In this document: piece after piece, positions 23,936 to 31,599 of the stretch
How the letters are laid out: every line of letters begins with the position of its first letter
How positions within the stretch are numbered: the first letter of the stretch is position 1
Translations under genes and position numbers: made by a program
Source: Mesotaenium endlicherianum
Lineage: Eukaryota
DNA length: 31,599 nucleotides
Direction of reading: 5' to 3'
Assembly (NCBI GenBank): GCA_009602735.1
Contig: WELA01002099.1
Coordinates: forward strand, 214,535-246,133
Notes under the pieces: generated by a model
Told to the model about the DNA's origin: nothing
The model's database searches: none
What the model saw: the letters and a program-made list of their open reading frames with translations, nothing else

Positions 23936-25237
23936 CGTTCGATTTCTGCCACATCATGCTTTGTAGGGGGACAGGTAGTGGAGCTATTCCTGCTAGTCTC
24001 TCTTCTAATTACATAAGAGGTATTGCAGATTCAGCATTTCACATTTCTTAGGTACAAGATAAGGGTATCAAATCACACATACTGAACATCTAGTACTTCA
24101 CCCTCCTTAAATACTTCATGAGGGCAGTATTGAAGTTTTATCTTTCTCATTCACTTTCTGCACTGGTTCAAGTAGTAGTGACCTTCTCGACGTAGTTGAC
24201 AGTTTTTAAACACAATGAGGCTTTGGAAGTCAGTAGAAAAATGTATTGTCGTAGGTCATCGCATGGCTCTTTGAGCCTTTGGTAAGAACCTTCTATATAG
24301 ATTTCTCTTAGCTTTTGGGAGCGCAATCCCACAGGTTAGGTAGCAAGCCACCACAACTGGTCAGAGTTTCATACTTCGAGGGCAGCTACTTGCTTATCGT
24401 CATTTCACTGAAAGAGCAATGAGTACCTCTTGACTGTTACCCAGTCTACAGTTCCAGATTGTTTGACAATACTCTACATGATGATGCATAGATGCCAGCC
24501 AAGTTGTGCCGGTCATGACACATATTGTATGCATAGCGTTCCCTTCAGTAAGAATACGAAGGCTTTTCCTTGCAGAGTCCGCCTCAGTCGTATACTATTA
24601 GAGATGCCTGAGCAGACATCTCTGGATCATTAGTAATCACAGGTAAGCTCCGTTGCATATTCACAGCTTACCAACACATGGTAAGCTTCATTGAGCACAT
24701 TCTGGCCCACATTTCGTAGATAATACTGAAGTGCTGCCTTCAGTACTATGATGTTCTAATGAACAACTGGCAGCGGGCTGTGTATGCATGCCAACGACGT
24801 GCGACACTAGTTGAATGTCACGGCCAGTCAGTCCTATGTCGCCTCCACTGGTGACCGAGAGGTGGCTAAGAAGAACAGCCATCCAGTTTCAGCACCTGCC
24901 AGATACAGCAGCAGCAAAATTATCAGTCACCTGCTTGCAGGAAACGACAGACAGCAGCAGCACCGCTCGAACAGGTGGCCACTTTCTAAACGCTAAGAGC
25001 AACCCTAATGCTTCTAGCAGGCACAGGAAGAAGCAAGAAAACTAGCATCAAGTGCTGGCAGATGCAAGCCAGCAGGGAAAGTGATGATGCATGCTGCCCC
25101 TTCCGCCGTGCTCTGCAAACTCAAAGCAGCTTGAGCATGAACACACGCACTCACCAGCGTGATTTCGGGAGCAGCTTGACGTCAAATTATCAGCAAAGAT
25201 AACCGTGCGTTGCAGGCAGGTGCTGAATGGACCTCCC

Positions 25238-27112
25238 TCAGTGCTTTATAACTGCCAGGGTGCACAGGGAGGAGTCCCCGGCGCCACTCACAGAGCCTCC
25301 AGCCTGCATTATCTGTCGCAGGTAAGCAACAGCCTCGCTGGTGATGGTCTCTCCAGGCACCACACATGGGATGCCGGGCGGGTAGGGGCACAGAAGCTCA
25401 GCTGAAGCCCGCCCAACGGCTGCCTCTGCCGCCACTCTCTCCGCCTCTGCAAAGAAGGCATCTCTGGGCGACATTGACGCTGGCCCTGCGGCCGGCATGT
25501 CAGTCCAGCCCTTGGAATGGAGGCTTCCTCGACAAACTGCCGAGCTTCCCTCCAGGACCTCCCCCACCTCCGGCGCCCCCTTTCCTCCCCCTGCTGTCGT
25601 CGCCACTGCCTGGCCCTCCGCCTCCACCTCAGCGTCAGCCTCCACCTCAACCTCTGCCTCAGCCTCAACCTCAGCTGCGGCCTCAACTTGAGCGTGCCGG
25701 TTCTGCGCCAGCGCGGCGAGGCCGCGAACGAGATGCTCCGCGTGCTGGGGAGTGGTGCCGGCGCTGAGGGCAAATGTGAGGCACGCCATGGAGGGCAGCT
25801 CGGCCACCACGCCGTGCTCCTCGCGCAGAATGTCGTCGGCCTCGTATCCGCTCAGCCCCAGCCGGGCGACCCCCACAGTGATGCGCAGGGGGTCCCTCCC
25901 CGGCCCGTCGGGGAGGATCGCCAGGCCGCGGATCGCGCGCAGCTGCGCTCTGGCTTCTGCCGCCAGGTGGACCGCCCGCCGCAGCAGCGCGCGCCCGCCA
26001 GCGCCCTCGGCCATGTGAGCAGCGGCAGCGTCGAGTGACGCAAGCAGGAGGTAGTTAGGGCTGGAGGATTGGAGGAGCTGCAGGGCCCGCGCCACTCGCT
26101 GGGGGCCTGCCAGCTGGCCCTGGCAGTGCAGCATGGCCGACTGCGTGAGGGCACCCAGCACCTTGTGCGTTGACTGCACCACGTAGTCGGCTCCCTGCGC
26201 CAGTGCTGAGGGGGGCAGGTCGGGGTGGAAGTGGAAATGGCCCCCGTGGGCTTCGTCGACGATCAGAGGCACCCCGCGCAAATGGCAGATCTCTGCAATG
26301 AATTTGACGTCTGAGCACAGCCCGTGATATGTCGGCGACACCACAAGGACGGCCCCCACTCTGTCGCCGGCATCTGCTGCTCTTGCCAGAGCTTCTTCTA
26401 TGGCTGCAGGGCTGACGCTTACGGGAATGCCCCACTCTTCATAAATGTCGGGCAGGACGTAGCTCGGGCTGGCGCCGCTGAGGGCCATGGCTGAGAAGGT
26501 GCATTGGTGGGCGTTTCTAGGGAGCACGAGCGTAGAGCCTGGGGGGCAAGCTGACATGACAGCTGCCTGGATGCCCACGGTTGACCCGTTGACCAGAAAG
26601 AAAGTGTGCTCGGCCCCAAAGATCTTGGCCGCATTCTCTTGGGCGGCTAAGATGACGCCCTCGGGAGCAAAGAGATTGTCCAGTTCTGGCAACTCGGGGA
26701 GGTCGTGGCCCAAGGCCTGGGAGCCTAGAGCTGAGAGGAGAAGCGGGTGGGCGCCAGCTCCCTGCTTGTGGCCGGGGAAGAAGAAGGGCGCGTTTCCAGA
26801 AACAGCACATTCGTGGAGAGCAGCCAGGAGCTCTGGGGTAGCTGCTTCGCTGGCAGCTGCTTCACTGTTCACAACCTCCGACTCATTAATTTCTAGACAG
26901 AGGTCGTCGTGTATTACTGCTGCCTGTAGTGAGGAAGCTCGTACGGTTTGAGTCACTTGCAGATTTGTGCCCTGAGTCCGAGTAGAATTCAAGGCGACCA
27001 CGGTTTTATTCTTCAAGTAGGGGAAGGTGCGCACAGACGAGCAAGCGACTTCCGGACTGAATGTGCTGAGGTAGGAGCCTGCAAGCACGACATGGTCGTG
27101 TATACATGTCAT
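25238..27112 (-). CDS. PLP-dependent Orn/Lys/Arg decarboxylase (bacterial fold-type I family), probable plastid transit peptide, single exon
   Basis: FPGHKQG, DLPELPELDNLFAPEG, FLVNGST, PRNAH, SPTYHG, VDEAHG, QSTHK (PLP lysine), SSSPNYLLLASLD, C-terminal PYPPGIP; Ser/Thr-rich N-terminus; ACC-ATG start. Confidence 0.9.
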   Translation of the reverse strand: MTCIHDHVVLAGSYLSTFSPEVACSSVRTFPYLKNKTVVALNSTRTQGTNLQVTQTVRASSLQAAVIHDDLCLEINESEVVNSEAAASEAATPELLAALHECAVSGNAPFFFPGHKQGAGAHPLLLSALGSQALGHDLPELPELDNLFAPEGVILAAQENAAKIFGAEHTFFLVNGSTVGIQAAVMSACPPGSTLVLPRNAHQCTFSAMALSGASPSYVLPDIYEEWGIPVSVSPAAIEEALARAADAGDRVGAVLVVSPTYHGLCSDVKFIAEICHLRGVPLIVDEAHGGHFHFHPDLPPSALAQGADYVVQSTHKVLGALTQSAMLHCQGQLAGPQRVARALQLLQSSSPNYLLLASLDAAAAHMAEGAGGRALLRRAVHLAAEARAQLRAIRGLAILPDGPGRDPLRITVGVARLGLSGYEADDILREEHGVVAELPSMACLTFALSAGTTPQHAEHLVRGLAALAQNRHAQVEAAAEVEAEAEVEVEADAEVEAEGQAVATTAGGGKGAPEVGEVLEGSSAVCRGSLHSKGWTDMPAAGPASMSPRDAFFAEAERVAAEAAVGRASAELLCPYPPGIPCVVPGETITSEAVAYLRQIMQAGGSVSGAGDSSLCTLAVIKH

Positions 27113-27327
27113 GGTCTTATCCTTATTGATACTTACTTTAAACCGACGAAGGTGCTGAGGTGCTGTTCTGCGGCTTATAAGGGAAAACTAGACTTTGTGG
27201 TGCAAGACGTGCAGTAAAGTGCAGTAGTGCCAGTCAATTGCGGTAAAAGTTTGTCGGGCAATGGGGAGAAAGTGATGGTGAAAAACAGTGAAAAAAGTGG
27301 ATTATCATCCTGACTCCTATACATGCG

Positions 27328-27755
27328 ATTTCCGCGAACCACCAAATTAAAGATTGTTTCCAATAACAATATTGGACCAGTGGGGTATGGACGTTTGCAT
27401 TATTTCTACGTACCAGTAGAATTTGGTGCGTTGGGATTAAGCGTACCGCTACAGTAAGGTACTTTGGGTCTATTATTTGGCGTAAAGCATATAGTTTGAA
27501 GCTCGAGCGTATTTTTTTGCGTACGTCTAGAGCTTCGACGTCGAACAGAATTCCGCGTACCGGTAGATCTGGTATGCAAATCGTATTTCCGCCCGTACCT
27601 TTAGAGCTTCGACGTCGAGCAGTCATTCCGCATACCAGCAGAGTCTGCTTTGGTAACGTCTGCCTGGATTTGACATACCACTATGTGATATTCGAGTCGA
27701 ATTTTCCGCGTACCAGTACGGTGCAATTTGTGTTTTGGGGATTTTGCCGTGTAAC
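27328..27755. repeat. Degenerate ~37-bp-period array, conserved core approx. ATTTCCGCGTACCAGTAGA with variable spacers
   Basis: Core (C)GTACC-like hits at about 27335, 27373, 27409, 27442, 27481, 27520, 27556, 27594, 27631, 27674, 27709 and 27750. Confidence 0.7.
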
Positions 27756-28313
27756 AAAATTTGGCAAGCGCACTTTGTTGAGGGCTGATTGACCGTCATC
27801 GAGGTTGAGGGGAGAAGGGTCGACCTTTAAAAGCGTTCAGCAGACAAGGACGTAAGTTGGTCGTTGTTGTGTACAGTCAGCTTCGCACCTTTCCAGCAAC
27901 TGAACGACAACAGGGCACCAGACCAGCACCAGAGCATCTTTAACTGCTACGAAGGTTAGTGACTGGTCCAGCTTCTTGAAAGCCAGCTGTTTCTTTATTT
28001 TTCTGCTGGCCTGTTTAACACTGTTCTTCTTCCATAAATGAATCAAGTGAAACATTGACAGTAATTCCTAACTGGCTTTCGTTTGTACCAGAACAGGGTA
28101 TCTTACTTTGTTCTGACGATTCTTCATTCTCATTAGATGGGCGACCTCTTGAAGTGAAAGCCATAGACGAATCCTGTGAGCTTTATTTGTTCCGATTAGA
28201 AGAAGAGCATCCAAGTCGAATTCTGTAGTGTAGTCGATCCCAAATTTCTGTATAATCGAGATTTTGCACAGAGGATAAATTTATCGCTCTAGCTTCTTCG
28301 AAAGGAAGGAATC

Positions 28314-29053
28314 ATGACGGAGGCAGGAGATTACGGGCGTGTAGCTTTCATTGGGCTCGGGGCAATGGGAGGTGGTATGGCTGCTGCATTGGTTCGGAAG
28401 GGCTACTCCGTTGCCGGATTCGACGTAAGCTGTCTCAATAAGCCGTTCCTTGTTCGTTCGTCTTTCAATTACACGATGCCCCAACTTCGTGTTGCGCTAG
28501 TTGGGAGTGCGGGAAATTAAAGTTCCCTCCATGCCATGGCGTAACGCTGGCAGAGGGACCGCAACCCCAATTTTTTTATATTTAAAATTAAAGTAACTCT
28601 TCTATTTAATTACTGCAGGTTTCAGAAGCAGCTCTGGATAGGCTTGCCGCTGCTGGAGGCACGCCAGCTGTCACGCCTGCCCAGGCTTCTGAAGGTGACG
28701 CATCCAAAAAATTTCGTTTGATAAAAGACCGAGGACTCCGGGGAGCTGCAGCGCTCTTCACGTAGCGGCCAACAAGACTCCCCAACTGACGTGCGAGTGT
28801 GTGGTTGCAAAAAATCAAATTGAGGGCCATATTGTCACCCCTGGAGCACTGGAAGGGAACTGAAAGTGATCCTTATTAGAAATGAGAAGCTAGATCAGTA
28901 CATTAGGCTGGCACGTACAGTGCGCAAGTGGAAGCGAGATCGTTGACACTGGGGGTTTATTTGAGCCGCACTCTCTGCTAACCCACCTCGCGATCCCTGC
29001 TCAACCCCCAAATAAAAAAATCTCAGGGCATTTTACATGCATGGCGTGGGCGT

Positions 29054-29110
<57 letters not shown>

Positions 29111-31167
29111 AATATGTATGCCATCAAATATGCTCTCCACGTAGACATCTCTAGGTAAACATGTGTACGTGTACATACTCGGAGGTGTCCTCAGACTGAG
29201 CCGCTCCCCAGGCGGTGCCAAAGCTGCCAAAGCTGAGGCCTCGGTTCTCCCCACCACCTCCGGTACCTTGCAAGCAACTCCCAATGGACACATGGCGCGC
29301 AGCCAGCAGCCAGCAGCTGCGCTCGCTGAGTGCATGCGATAGTCTGCAGACGTCAAGTGTGTGCGCTGACTGGGCCGATGCATGGGGGCGAGCGGGTGCG
29401 CGCATGTGCGCAGGCGCGCGCGCTCTCGTCATCATGGTGGCGACGGCGCAGCAGGCGGAGGACGTTCTCTTCGGGCCCTCGGGCGCAGCGCCAGGTGTCG
29501 CATGCGCTAGCCCTTATGGACTTCCTCTTTTGCTTGTTCTCGCCTTCTGATTGGTTTCCACCCTCTGAATTCTTCCCTCCCCGATGCGTCTTTCTGCGGT
29601 GCGGCTCCATACAAGTGGAAGTTACTCAAACAAAAAGAGGAGGCAGAAGATGTGTCATGCATCGCGAGGATCACGTGGAGCCCTGCTCAGCACAAACAGA
29701 ACTGGAATCTGATTTTTTTCTAAAATCTGCTATGAGTATATTTGGGGAGGGGCAAGGGGCTGGACGGGGGAGAAGAAGAGAGGTGAAAGAGAACTATAAG
29801 TCTGCCCTGCAGAATATCCGACATATATCCACATATTTGCATTATAATATGTATCACATATTTGAAAGTATGTAGGACATGATGACATGAATAGATTATG
29901 TACGCATGGGGTGAGAAACGAACAGCAGGAATGGCTGGTGCGCACTCAGTCCGCCTGCACAGCGCCTGCTCAGCCATCAGCCACAGCAGGGGCAGGGCGC
30001 TGGCAACAGAGTGGACACTTAGGAGACCCAGCAGCGCCTCTGAATGGGCCCCTTGGCACTGAGGGCTCAACCATCTAACCTTTCTTCTCTCTCCTCTCCT
30101 CTCCTCTAGGACACACGCACCCGGCTGCTGCTGCTGCTGCTGCTGCTGCTAGTGGTGGTGGTCGTGGAGTTTTGACGCAAACTGATAGAGGTGAGAGGGG
30201 GCGAGGGAGGGGGGGGAGGGCAGGGCTGAGGAGCGGGGCAGTGGTGCTACTGTGCTCGACGGTGCCGCCCACGTACGCGCGCTCCCTTCATCAGCGCCTC
30301 TCTGGTACCCCCCTTCCCACCCCCCCTCGCTCCCCTTACCCCCCTCCCCCCCTCTCGCCTCGGGCACCCCTCCTCCCCTCCTATCCCCTCCCCTCCACTT
30401 CAGCCAGGGGGGACAGGGCTTGCAGGGGTTTGGGGTGCCAGGTGTTGGGATTTTGGGTGTTCGTCTTGCTGGGCCAGCTGTTGGGGGCGCACGCGTCTCG
30501 TCGGAGCACAGACAGGCAGACCGACAGACAGACAGAGAAGAGAGACAGAAACATTGACTGACAGGCAAACTGATTGATAGAACGCACAGACAGACAGACA
30601 GAAAGACAGACAGGCAGGCAGGCAGAGCAACAGCCGGACAGACAGACAGACTGCCGGGCAAACAGACGGATGGGCAGAGAGGCGCAGCTCCTGATTGTGG
30701 GGTCCCGTGTGCGCGCCACCACCAAGTGGCTGCATGCCGCGACAAAGCATGGCCACAGGCACTTGCACTCATGAGCTATGTGCATGTGCCGACGCGGCGT
30801 GACCCCATGCGTGATTGGCGGGCCTGCTCCCTGCAGCTGCCAGGTGCCTTCCCTGTCTGTCCTCTGCCCACCACTTGGACAGACGGTGAGATGAGCGCCA
30901 AGCGACAGCCAACAAGCAAGTACACGTGGCAGGCAGCTGAGACTCGCTGCATGTCGTGCAAGAGCGTTAGGGTGTGCGTGGATGCGCGCAGGGGTGCGTG
31001 CGAGTGTGTGCGTGTGTGTGTGCGTGTGTGTGTGTGTATAAGAAACAGAGAGGGAGAGATCAGTCACCTTGACCTGCGCGGATGGACTACGTGCAGGGGC
31101 GGGCGTGGAGGTGGTGGACGCGCCCGTGTCCGGTGGAACCGCGCGCGCCGCCGCCGCCTCCCTCACC
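28314..31167 (+). CDS. 3-hydroxyisobutyrate/L-threonate dehydrogenase (LtnD-like) family gene, 5' partial; resembles the dehydrogenase domains of the plant multidomain ketose-bisphosphate aldolase class II protein
   Basis: Exons 28314-28424, 28619-28694, 29414-29494, 30224-30304, 31097-31167 join in phase: FIGLGAMGGGMA..GFD|V..|GARALVIMV...QAEDVLFG..|..VVLLCSTVPP..|..VVDAPVSGG. The gene continues beyond the window. Confidence 0.88.
29057..29108. repeat. (CA)n microsatellite, intronic
   Basis: Seen directly. Confidence 0.95.
30125..30150. repeat. (CTG)n microsatellite, intronic
   Basis: Seen directly. Confidence 0.9.
30508..30668. repeat. Imperfect (GACA/GGCA)n tract, intronic
   Basis: Seen directly. 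Confidence 0.8.
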
Positions 31168-31599
31168 GTCAGTCTCCCTCCCTCCCTGCCTGCCTGCTTC
31201 TCTGTCTCTCTCTCTCCCTCCCTCCATGTCTCGGTCTCTTGCACCTTCTCTTTATCCCTTTCCCTCCCCCTTGAGTGCTCTCCCTGCCTGCTGTATCTCC
31301 TCTCTCTACGCCACATGGAGGTTGTTTCCCCGCCCCTGCCCCTGCCTCTGCCCCTGCCGTTGCTGCTGCTGCTGCTGCGGCACCGCCGCAGCCGCTGCTG
31401 CACCAATCGACGAACCATGAGAGGAAGCAACCCGTCTCGTATGCTCCTGCAGTTCCTGTCAATTCGGTACACACATGCTGCCCGGACCTTCTCAAGAAGC
31501 CTCGGACAGGAGTAGCGGCAGCAGCTGCACGCAGCAGCAAGAGTCTTAGTGGTAAGGGGATGCCAGGTGTACGTGTGCGGGGGGGGCACGGGGTTGGGG

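Noticed and set aside
27079..27136. Upstream coding exon for the decarboxylase via GTAAGT...TTGCAG
   Set aside because: Splicing would place a TAA in frame just upstream and remove the only suitable ATG (27112).
27328..27755. CRISPR array call
   Set aside because: Repeats are short and highly degenerate, the context is eukaryotic and there are no cas genes; reported only as a periodic array.
30149..31589. 207-402 aa minus-strand ORFs at the window end
   Set aside because: Low-complexity translations of intronic GACA/CA/CT repeats antisense to the dehydrogenase gene.

Overview
Eukaryotic nuclear DNA from a green-plant lineage. The plant-like proteins, GC/microsatellite-rich introns and acceptors lacking polypyrimidine tracts suggest a streptophyte alga, but this is inference. 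Bases 1-11955 are a nest of Ty3/Gypsy LTR retrotransposons. (C) is a + strand integrase-chromodomain remnant split by a solo LTR with a GACAG target duplication. (B) is a near-complete - strand chromovirus (1754-8462; 503-bp LTRs about 99% identical, PBS, PPT, gag, -1 frameshift, pol with two nonsense codons) whose flanks have no matching target duplication. (A) is a truncated - strand element (8463-11955; 5' LTR, PBS, gag, -1 frameshift, damaged PR-RT). Bases ~12000-16100 are unexplained: a possible disrupted gene, a hairpin cluster and a ~21-22-bp-period motif array. Bases 16106-31599 hold five host genes: a DDX6/Dhh1-type DEAD-box helicase (-, one exon probably in the N gap), head-to-head organellar ribosomal proteins bL25 (-) and bL28 (+), an intronless bacterial-type Orn/Lys/Arg decarboxylase (-), and the first five exons of an LtnD/3-hydroxyisobutyrate-dehydrogenase-family gene (+). 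The most unusual signals are periodic conserved-core/variable-spacer arrays in intergenic DNA (~37 bp at 27.3-27.8 kb; ~21-22 bp at 13.1-13.5 kb) and fixed-geometry modules inside the retroelements. I cannot establish a new biological system from sequence alone.
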